Origin: Protoeuglena noctilucae
Taxonomy: Eukaryota
DNA length: 64,000 nt
Direction: 5' to 3'
Assembly: GCA_958009085.1 (NCBI GenBank)
Contig: OY253671.1
Coordinates: 496,001-560,000, forward strand
The position numbers and the translations under genes are program-made. The notes under the pieces are model-generated. The model was not told the origin of the DNA. It worked only from the letters and a program-made list of their open reading frames with translations, and searched no databases. Position 1 is the first letter of the stretch, and each line of letters opens with the position of its first letter. Positions 49,480 through 59,735 of this stretch are shown here, in pieces.

Positions 49480-49894
49480 TTTGAGCCTGATTCAAGAACA
49501 CCACCGCTCGACGGGTCCTTGGCCGGGTCCCCTTGGCGAGAATGGCACCGGTGTCTGGTGGGCTTCCACGGCCAATATCCCGGTATGGAAGGGGCGTGAC
49601 GGTCAGGTCGGCACACAGACGGACTAAGAAGCAGAATGATTGCACAAATCTTGCTTTCTCGTGCCTGTTCAGGCACCGGCGACGCTTCAAATTTCCCGAG
49701 TCAGGTCCGTCAGAGTCGTGCGAAATCGTTGGACGCCATCCTCTGCCGTAGCAAATAAAAATGCGTGTCTGCAAAGTAGCGGGACGGGCGAGCATCAAGT
49801 CCCGTTCGAAAGTGTCAGCCCCGTCTCGGGGCTCTCGGCTCCCGCGGCAGGGGTCCGCTCGTTCGTCCTGCGGGGAGGCAGCTGCAGGCGCAGG

Positions 49895-52473
49895 ATGGAT
49901 GACGATGGGGACTGTGAGCGGAGCCGCGCGGGGGCATTGCACGCACGCCACGCCGCATGTCCCCGCTCGCGTCGTGCGCGCCGCGAATCGCCGCAGCCAA
50001 GTTGCAGCCTGGGACTTTAGCGCACCCTCGGCTTCCCCGCAGACGGCGATGGCTCGGGCGGGGGGAAGAAGAGGTTGCGCATCGTCTGGACGAAGGTGGG
50101 GCAATCGGGCTCCTCGCGTGCGTTGACGCGGACCTTGGCAGGCGCACAGCGCATTTTCTCTGTACGTGCGCGCCGAGGGTGCCTCAGGAGGCCTCCAGCG
50201 GTCCCGGTCAGCGCTGGGGTGGGGGGGATCCCTCGCTGGCTTTTCCAGGTTGGCCGCGCCGCGCATTCCGTCGCAGGAGGAGGACGATGTGCTCCGCGAG
50301 GTCATTTTGTCCATTGGCACGCAAAACTGGAGCGAGGTAGCGCGCAAGTTTATGGAAATCGCCAAGGCACGGGGCGTATGCAAGGCCGAGCGCAACGGCA
50401 AGTCCTGCCGCATCCGATGGAGCAATCAGCTGGATACCAGCCTCGACTTCAGCTCCTTTACCAAGGCTGAGGAGCGCGTGATCATTCAGGTGAATGTTCC
50501 GCGGGCGGTCTGCAGCTGGGCCAGCCCCGCTTTTTGACCCCACCGCCTCCCCTCGCCTCCTCCCTCACCTCTGCTGGCCCCCACCTGCCCTTCCAGGCCC
50601 ATGCCCAGCTCGGGAACCGCTGGAAGCAGATCGCGGGCTTGCTGCCCGGGCGCACGGACAACATGGTGAAGAACTACTGGTACCGGAAGCTGAGGCACCA
50701 GCATTCCGTCAGCACCAACTCGGGCACCACGCCGGACCAAAGCAACCCGCACAGCAATGATCGGCATACCATTCCGTCCGAGGAGGTCCCCACGCCCACC
50801 GACGTGCCCCCCCCCGACCGTCTGCCGCCCCTGCCGCAGCTGCCGCAGCTGCCGCCGATCCCGGACCTCAGTCTGCTCGTGGAAGGCGGCGCTCCTGCAG
50901 ATAGTAGCGGGGCGGCGGGGTCGGGCGGGGCGGCCCCGCAGCCCGTCCGCCAAAGCAACCGGCGGGGGGGGCGGAGGCCCGCGGGGACCCGGCGCTCCGT
51001 GGACGGACCTCCCGGGGACCTCCATGCGGTGCAGCACAGGGGCAAGCCTCTGGAAGCCATGACAAAGCGGCGGGTGGCCCACGGGGCGTTGCCGGAGGCG
51101 CTTGCGCAGCCGGAGCGCGAAGGCGGCGCCAACGGTGGCGCGGGACCGGACGTGCCATCGCTCAAGGTGCGCTCACGGCCTCGTTTGCGCATGCGATGGC
51201 CGGCGGGACTGCGGCGACTTGCGTGGGGCCCGACGGGGCGCATGACTGCTGGCCGCTTCACCCACGCAGCTCCCGGCCGACCTGGGGAAACCTCGGCAGT
51301 TCACCCGGGGGAGCGTTCGTCAGGGTGCGGCGGGGCGAGGGAGGAAAGACGCGGGGGGCCGGGGAGATGCGCCGGGAGAGCCGATGGCCTGGGAGGGGCT
51401 TCAGAGGGCAGCACAGGCGCGGGCGCGGCAGGTGGCAAACGGCGGCGACGCAGGCCCGAGAGCGGTGCCGGGTGAGAGGCGGGCGCGCGTTTCGCAGCGC
51501 AGCTGACGGCCCGCTCTGTCCTCAGCCCGTCGCGGACAGGTCACCCCGCGCTCGTGCTCACAGCGCTGACGGTGGGCGGGCGGGAAGAGGACTTGGCGGA
51601 TCATTTGCGCGAGCTGATCGGGGAGGGCGGGGAGATGGATTTCGAGGACTTTGCCCGGCTACCGACGCCCCAGGGCATTCGCGACTCGCTGTTTGCGAGG
51701 CCTGGGAGGGGTCACACCCCGCGGGGCGTGTGGGGCCACGGTGGCACCCGGGAGCAGACGATGGCCGAGGTGGATGACCTCGGGGCGGTGGCGGAGAGGA
51801 TGAGCATCCAAGGGGAGGTGCCGCTGCGGAGCGGGAGGTCTTTGGGGCCGTCGGGGCCACACGCGGCGGGGCCTCTGGACGGCTTGATCGAGTACAAGCG
51901 GTCGGTCAACGAGCTGGACGCGATTCTGGGCAACATGTTCGGTCGGCCCAGCTACCCGCCGCGGCCCCTCCTCTTCGCCATGCCAAGCGCAGAGGGCATG
52001 AGCATGGGGCCTCTCTCCCCAGGCCTCAGCGTGCCCCCACACTTGCGGGGTCGGCCGTCGGACATGCAGCCGGATCCCTCCTTCGACGATCAGGTGCGAC
52101 GCGGCACGTGGGGTCCCGACCCTGTCGGTGAAGCACGTGGCCGGGCTCGGCCTGGGCTCAGCTTAGCGTTCAGCACCCCATCCGCGAGACTTCGCCTCTT
52201 GCCTCGCAGGGCGGCATCCACATCAGCTCCCTGCCGGCACAGATGAAGCACAGCGGGTCGCGGCAGTCCGGAAACGCGCGGCAGGAGGACGCCCCGGAGA
52301 AGGGCAAGGAGAGCCCATCCGCCCCGGTGGACAAGGCGGACGACGACAGCATCTGGGTGCGGGACTCGAGTGACGGCCAGCCGCCCGTGATCGTGCCCGA
52401 GGAGGATCTCCCTCACATGTCCCTGCCCTCCGTTGGCATGTCTTTCCCGGAAGACTTCCCCGATGGCCGATGA
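49895..52473 (+). CDS. R2R3-MYB transcription factor
   Basis: RIVWTK|EEDDVLRE..GTQNWSEVA...RNGKSCRIRWSNQL...FTKAEERVIIQ|AHAQLGNRWKQIAGLLPGRTDNMVKNYW. Confidence 0.9.
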
Positions 52474-52792
52474 CGATTTGTCGATGTTCCCCGATGTCCC
52501 TCGCGCCTCAGTAGTCTCAGTCTTGCGGGGGCCTGGATGTCGCTCCCCTTAGTAGCCATTCCTCTCTTTCCTGATATCCATGGGACCTGCCCTTACGCGG
52601 GCCGTGGTAGCACCTGGCCTCCAGGGCGATCGGTATGACCCTGCGCCAGTCTAGTACGAGCGATTGGACGCCTGAAGAGAGCTGTGCGCGCATCTTGGGC
52701 AGGTAGGGTCCCCGCCCCTCCCGCGGCTCTCCTTCTTGAATCCTTCACTGCACGGACGAGTTGAGCTGGTTAGGACTGCTTCGTCGCGAGGC

Positions 52793-53945
52793 ATGGGCCT
52801 CGTCATCTCGACCTTTCTGCGCCTGTTGTCGCCGAACAAGGACTACAAGGTCGCCATCATCGGCCTCGACAACGCAGGGAAGACCACGATCCTCTATCGC
52901 ATGAAGTTGGGGAAGGCGAGCGACAGGGGGCACACTTATCGCGCCCCTTGCGCTTCCCTCCTCGCGCGGCTTCATCGGCGACGCAGAGACGGGATGAAAA
53001 TCCAATGAAATGGTTTTGCTTGTGTGAAGTCGCGCGCAAACGCGCCGGGCTTGGGGGTGAACCCAGGTCGTGCAAACCCACCCGACCATTGGCACCAACG
53101 TGGAGACCGTCAAGCATGGACGACTAGTCTTCAACTGTTGGGATCTAGGTGAGCCCTGCGAAGTCGCCACCAGGCACTCCACGCCCCGCAGGCACTCCAC
53201 GCCCCGGCACTCCACGCCCCGCACTCCACGCCCCCCGCTTCGCGCCTCTCATCAAATCCCCTCTCAGTCGCCGGGGAGAATTCTTTGTTGAACAATTCAG
53301 ACGCCCCCTCACATGAAATCGGCCCACCAGCTTGTCGTCTGCCCACGTCGCAGGTGGTCAGGGTCAGTTCCGGGAGATGTGGAGGCATTACTTCGGCGGC
53401 ACGGATGCGGTCATTATGGTGGTGGATTCGACGGACCGGGAGAGGCGAGGGCGACAAATGCTGGCCGCTTCTCTGCGCTTGTGGTGCCGACTCTTAACAA
53501 GAGTAACCTCAGCTCTGCATCGCAGGGTGCAGCTAGCGCGGCAGGAGCTCCACCGGGCCCTCGACACGGACGTGTTGCAGGGTGCGCATCTCTTGTTGCT
53601 CGCCAACAAGCAGGACCTGCGGGATGCGATGGGGCCTGGGCAGCTGAGCACTGAGCTTGCCCTCACGGACATCCGGGGGCGCCAGTGGCGAATCCAGGGG
53701 TCCAGCGCCGTCACGGGGGAGGGGCTGAAGGAGGGGCTCGACTGGCTGGCGCAGGTGAGCGGCAGGCGGCCCGCTCCTTCACCTCTTCCACGCACTCGTG
53801 CCAACGCGCTTGCGCCAGGGCAGTGCCAGCGACCCCCGAGCGATCGCACTCGCGTTGCTGTTATGGCCCGCAGCAGCTGGGAGAGGAGAGTGCGGACGGG
53901 GCAGCACCTTCGTACCAGCAGGTGGACACGGGCGACGGCGATTAG
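52793..53945 (+). CDS. ARF-like small GTPase (ARL5/ARFC-like)
   Basis: N-terminal MG, GLDNAGKTT, PTIGTNVE, WDLG|GQ, VVDSTDRER, LANKQDL and SSAVTGEGLKEGLDWL. Confidence 0.93.
53172..53236. repeat. Intronic tandem repeat (gcactccacgcccc, 4 copies) in ARF-like intron 2
   Basis: ggcactccacgccccgca-ggcactccacgcccc-ggcactccacgcccc-gcactccacgcccccc read directly. Confidence 0.85.
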
Positions 53946-54016
53946 GCCTGACTGTCGCTCTACTTCGCAGCCTCACTGCGGGGCACATCTCACGTGCAAG
54001 TCGCCGGGCTCTCGTC

Positions 54017-54021
54017 TGTAA
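54017..54021 (+). promoter_or_regulatory. Possible chlorophyte-type TGTAA polyadenylation signal of the ARF-like gene
   Basis: TGTAA lies 72 nt after the stop at 53945. It is the known signal in Chlamydomonas, but was not seen consistently after other genes here. Confidence 0.3.
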
Positions 54022-54031
54022 CAGTTCAAAG

Positions 54032-56834
54032 TCACTCGCCGTCCGACATGCCTAGGCCCAGATCCGCATCGGCTTCGCTAAGGTCGTCAATAGCGTCCGC
54101 TCCTGCGTCGCCCTCGCGTTGCCGTGCCTGCGGCCCAGTCGCCGCCTCACCCGGTCCCCCCGCACGCATCGCTGGAAGAGGCGCAGAAACTCCCAGACCT
54201 GGGTCCCTGCAAAGAACCAAGCGATTGGCAACTTCGCACCTCAGCCACGCTTGCTTGCTTTGCCAGCATACGTGCAACGTTGTGGAACGTTGCGCAGCGC
54301 CTGTGTCGGTCCAGTGGTGCCCCCACCGCCGGCCACACCCACGCACCTGAGCCGTGCTGTGCCGCCGCCGCCCCCATCCTCCTCGTCCTCAGAGTCAGAA
54401 TGCATCAGCGCTGCGCGGAGGCCCTTGACTACCTGTGCCACCTGGTCCCGCGCCCGTGCTGCCTGCTGGACCTGGTGGGCCCGCACCAACGCTCGCGCCT
54501 TCTGCCGTCGCGCCTCCAGGGTCTTGCATCTCTCCTCCTCCTCGCGCTCCCGCCGCTCAGCTTCCTCCCGCTCTTCCCTCTCCCGCTGCTCCCGCTCCTC
54601 CGCCAGCTTGCGCTCGATCGCCTCGATGGCGCGTCGCTTGGCGTCTCCCTCCAAGTCGCCGCCCTCGCCAACCGCAGACATCCCCGTCTTGGCCCCTCGC
54701 GCCACCTCCCGCGCTGCATGAAAAAGGCCGTGCGCCGTTACTGAATGCATTGCCACTCATTTGCCCGACGTGATATCACGTAGCTATGCCATGCACATTG
54801 TCTCCCACGTGCGTTCGTGCTGTCGATGCACCAGTCCCTCAGCGCGCCAGCACCTGTCGCCACCGCCTGCTGCACCCCGTTCTCCACCTCCCTGCGTCGC
54901 CGCTTGCGCCACAAGGGCCCCAGGGCAGGCCCCTCCGCCACCGAGCTGCCATGACTCAGCAAGGTCCCCTCCCCGGAATCATCCTCGCCGACGCCCTCCC
55001 GTGGCCCCGCCTGCACACCTGCCCCCACCCGCTCGTGGCTTTCCTCGCTCGAGCCCTCGCCCTCGTCCCCACCCGCCTCCCGCCCCACAGGCGTCGAACC
55101 TTTTCGCCCAACGCCGCCCGTATCCGCTTCTCCCCGACTCGCACCCGCATCCCGCTCCTCTTGTTTGATCCGCCGGCTCGTCTCAGGCCCACCATCGCCC
55201 GCTGCAGCCGCCGCGCTGCCGCCCAACCCCGCGCCTTGCGCGGCAGGCGTAGGTGAGGACGGGGCCCCTGCCATCGCCCCATTCGCTCCCCCGTCCTGTT
55301 CCTCGCTCTCCCCGAAGAGCGCGCGCAAGTCTGCTGAGATGCGCGTCACTGCCGCCGCCCCAGCCGCCTTCTCCATGCTCCGCAAGAAGGCACCGTGCAG
55401 CGCATGGCATGGGTCCAGGAACGAGAAGCGGCCCTCCAGAGCCGCCCTGCCCGCCTTCCGGGCCATCGCCGCGACGAACCCTGGGCCGGCCGTCTGCACG
55501 TATCGGCTCATCTTGTCCACGATCGCTTGGACTGCGCTGGGCATCTCCCGAACCCCCGCCCCTCCCTCTGCTGCCCCCCCGTCCATCGGCGCCGCGGTCG
55601 TTTCCTCGTCGCTGTCGTAAGACGCGAGCTCCCTCAACGCCCCGTCCGCCTCCCTTTCACTTTCCCCCTGCACACATGCGCTCAACCAACGGCGTGGCAT
55701 CTCGTCCGACACGCCTGCCACGCCACACCGGACCCCACCCGCACAGCTAGCCGCGTCGCGCAGGGTGGCAAGCCGTGCACGCGCGTCGCCGCTCCGCGCG
55801 CATCACCTGCCCTCGTTCCGTGGAACGCGTGGGCTGGGGGTCATGGGCCAGCACCCATCGGTAGTAGGCGTGCACGGGGTGGGCCTCGTCGAGGAAGTTA
55901 AACAGAGGATTGCCGGTCTGCCGCACGCGCAACGTCAGCTCCGCCTGGATGCCCCCGGCTCGCACGTACGCCGCCGTCTGCGTCACCACTCGGTCCACGC
56001 GCGCATTCGGAGGCAGGTGCGCGTCCAGCTCCGCGGGCACGTCGAAGGGCGGGATGTACCGCGGTCCGGCCACGACGGGGGCGTTCTCCGCGTCAGGGCC
56101 CATGGCCAGCCACGGCGGCACGGTGCCTGGCTGCAGCATCGGGGGTGGCGGGAACTCGGTCGGCGCTGCCGCAAGGGTTGGGGACGCGTCGCCTTCCATC
56201 TGGGTGGGACCGGCTTCGTCTCGACCCCGGCCGTCCCTCAGGAGGTCTTGGTAGCGCTCGAACCAAAGGTCGTCCAGGTCGTCGGGCCCCACGACGTCCC
56301 AGTCGGCGCGGAGAGCATCGTAGACGCGCCACCGGCCGTCGTCGTCAACACGGATTTCCACAGATTCCTCGACATCCTCATCGCCGTCGCTGACGTCGTC
56401 CTGGGCCCAAAACATCGGGGAATGGGTCTGCGCCGGCCGACAACCCGTGAAGCTGCTGCCGGCACGCTGGTTTCTCGCCTCAGATGTGTCGCGGAGCATA
56501 GATGGTGCGCTCAAGGAGTGGCGAGCATCGTGAATGTCCAGCTTCCACCTCGAGTCGCCCTGAGAGGAATGCGGGAAGCGGGCCTCGTCCCCGTACCGCC
56601 TCGGAGAGGCCATCCCGGTCGCCCCAACGCCTGTCGCAGCAGCAAAAAGAGCTTTTTTCGCCTGCTCACCTGCCACGGCAGCAAATAGCGCTCCGACTCG
56701 ATCGCCACGGCAAGCTGGTCGCTTCGCTCGGGCGTCATCGCCTGGCCGTACACTGTGAGGGCAAGGTCGCCCGCGGCCCCGACGGTGCCCGCGAACGCAT
56801 GGCGCGAGCGCCGGTAGTCGGGTCTGGGAGGCAT
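54032..56834 (-). CDS. SFSWAP (suppressor of white-apricot)-like splicing regulator: DRY_EERY-like N-terminus + two SURP domains
   Basis: LTVYGQA...YLLPWQ|GDSRWKLDIHDARHSL and FERYQDL. SURP1: VTQTAAYVRAGG.QAEL.LRVRQTGNPLFNFL...HAYYRW. SURP2: IVDKMSRYV...FSFLDPCHALH. Confidence 0.82.
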
Positions 56835-58024
56835 CCTCCCACTTGCCCTGCTCAATCAACGTGAAATGTGCATCATCTGCGAGGACCACGGACTCGGACG
56901 GGCCTGCCAGGCCACCCTCAACAACAAGGATCCGTGTCTTGGCATGCAAATGAAGGAACGAGCGGAGGGCGGCCTGAAACTGCAGGAAACATGCAATCCA
57001 CGGTCAGCGTGTGATTTATAAGCGATTGGTTCATTCATTTGCGTAGACTCTTCCACTATTGGCATGCTGGCGCCGCCATTGTGACGCTGCAAAGGAGATA
57101 AGACGGTCAAGGCCACAAAGCAGCACAGGTGCGCTGCGCAAGCCACCTGATGGGCGATGAAGCAGCTACACTGTCTCATTACATCGATTTCAATCCGCGC
57201 ACAGCCTTACAGCGCGCACTGGGACGGCATAAGAAAGCCTGTCTGGCCCTCACGCAGCAGCACCCGGCCGCAGGACCAAGCATGCCCATCCTGCACCTGG
57301 AAATAGTGGACCCGAGCATGCGCTGCCTCCCTACGTGCGTCGTCCACGTCTCCGCGGACCCGGGTTCGACGCCATCCGCGAGGGAGGCGCAGAGGAGCAT
57401 GTGGTTCCAGGCGAGGCACTCCATTGCCACCCTGCACGCAATGCCGATGCTGACATCCCTCTGAGACTTGCAAAGCACTCTGGGGCGCGCAGGCCGACCA
57501 GTTGCACGTCGCAGTCAAGTGCGGTGCGGCGTGCTCAGCGGATGGGTGCACGTTCCACGTGCCCGAGACCGAGACACGCGTCGTGACGCAGACATGCACC
57601 TTGACGGACGCCAGGTGCGCTCAGTAGCCGGCAGCTGCAGCCGTGTGGCTCGTAGCGTAGCCAAGGCAAATCCTCAGCGGCACACGCCGTCGCAGGGCAT
57701 CAAGGTCAGCACATGCGCTGCTGTCCACGGTCCGAGGGTTCGGTTTCATGGGATGCCTGCACGTGCTTGCATGCGTGCTTGTCTTCGCGTTGGGCAAGGG
57801 TGCTTTGCGCTCCCGAGCGACGTGACGTGGTTGTAGTTCACCGAGGAAGGGAGTGGTCAAAAAGAGGCAGCGGATACAATCAGCTCAGCAGCTCTAAAGC
57901 GCCTGCGCGAGCTGCGCGCTGCGCGAGCAGCGCGGCTCATGCCCGCCATCCGCTCGCTATCAGAAAACCCCCCGCAGCGTGCCGCGTCAGCGCGGGGTGC
58001 TATGTCCGGCGCCGCCCGCGCCGC

Positions 58025-59703
58025 TCACTTCGCGGCGGCGGCCACCTTGCTAGGCTCCGGCGCCTGCGCGTCGGGGCTGGCCTCCGGGGTCGCGGCCTCG
58101 GACGGCGGCACCAGCTGGACGAACTTGGGCAGGTACTCGGCCCAGTTGTCGAGGATCTTCTTCCCCAGCGCCGAGCCCGTCAGCTCCACGTGCTCCTCGA
58201 TCAGCCCCCGCAGCTGCGCCTCGCCCGCGGGCGTCTGCACCTTCTGCACCGCCACGATCTCCCGGTTGATCTTGCTCGGGAGCGTGCCGTCCACGTCCAG
58301 GAAGTACCCGATGCCGCCCGTCATGCCCGCGCCCACGTTGCGCCCCACCGACCCGAGGGACACGACGACGCCGCCCGTCATGTACTCGCAGCAGTGGTCG
58401 CCCGTGCCCTCCACGACGGCCTGGGCCATTGAGTTGCGCACCGCGAACCGCTCGCCCGCCCGCCCGTGCACGAACAGCTTACCGCCCGTCGCGCCGTACA
58501 GGCACGTGTTGCCCACGAGGGAGGCCGTCGAGGGGTCGAACTTGGACCCCGCCGGGTGGCGGATGGCCACGCGCCCGCCCGCCATGCCCTTGCACACGTA
58601 GTCGTTGGCCTCGCCCTCGAGGCGCACGTCCATGCCGCCCGCCAGGAAGCAGGCGAACGACTGCCCCGCGGAGCCCGTCAGGTTGAGGCGGATGGTGCCC
58701 CGGAACCCGTCGTCCCCGTGCGACTTGGCCACCAACCCCGCCAGCCGCCCCAGCGCCGACCGGTCGAGGTTGCAAATGGAGAGCGTCTTCTCCACCTTGC
58801 CGCTCGTCGCGATGGCGTTGAGGATGTCCTTGTCGGCGCACAGGTCGTCGTCCATGACGGGCCCGTTGCTGTGCGTCGGCATGGCCAGCCGCTCCGACGA
58901 CGGCTTGCCGTGCGGCACGGGCTGCCGCAGCACCGACAGGTCGAGGTTCTGCGTCTTGGTCAGCGCCTTGCTGCCGCTCGGCGCGAGCAGGTCGGTGCGC
59001 CCGATGAGCTCGTCAAGGCTGCGGTAACCCAGCTCCGCCAGCCCGGCCCGGACCTCCTGGGCCACAAACTCGAAGAAGTGGACCAGGTCCGAGGGGGCGC
59101 CCGGGAAGCGCGCGCGGAGCTCCTCGCGCTGCGACGCGACGCCGACGGGGCAGTTGTTGGTGTGGCAGACGCGCGCCATGATGCACCCCGTGGCGATCAT
59201 GGAGACGGTGCCGAACCCGAACTCGTCCGCGCCCATGGCGGCCGCCATGAGGACGTCGCGGCCGTTGCGCATGCCGCCGTCGACGCGGAGGATGACCTTC
59301 TCGCGCAGCTCGTTCGCCGTGAGCTGCTGGTGCGTCTCCACCAGGCCCATCTCCACCGGGCCGCCCGCGTGCTTGATCGACGACACGGGCGACGCGCCCG
59401 TGCCGCCGTCGTGGCCCGAGATCTGGATCACGTCGGCGTTCGCCTTGGCCACCCCGGACGCGACCGTCCCGATGCCTGCCTGCGCCACCAGCTTGACCGA
59501 CACCTTGGCGTTGGGGTTGACCTGATGCAAGTCGTAGATGAGCTGCGGGGGCGGGGCACGGGCGCGGCGATCGGTGAAACGCCTCGCGTCTCAAGGTTAC
59601 ATCGCTTAGCTCCTCCGCCACCTCGCAGACGCCCAGGCACCCTGCGCACCTCACGCCCCGCTGTCCCGCTGCTCCCAGCACCCTCGAGCGCCTCACCTGG
59701 GCG

Positions 59704-59735
<32 letters not shown>

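Noticed and set aside
53172..53236. Four near-identical 14-18 nt repeats resembling a CRISPR-like array
   Set aside because: No unique spacers, no cas genes, and it lies in a eukaryotic intron; it is a simple minisatellite.
56950..58020. Short ORFs between SFSWAP-like and GOGAT
   Set aside because: No domain or coding-like bias; more likely the GOGAT 3' UTR and the SFSWAP promoter.
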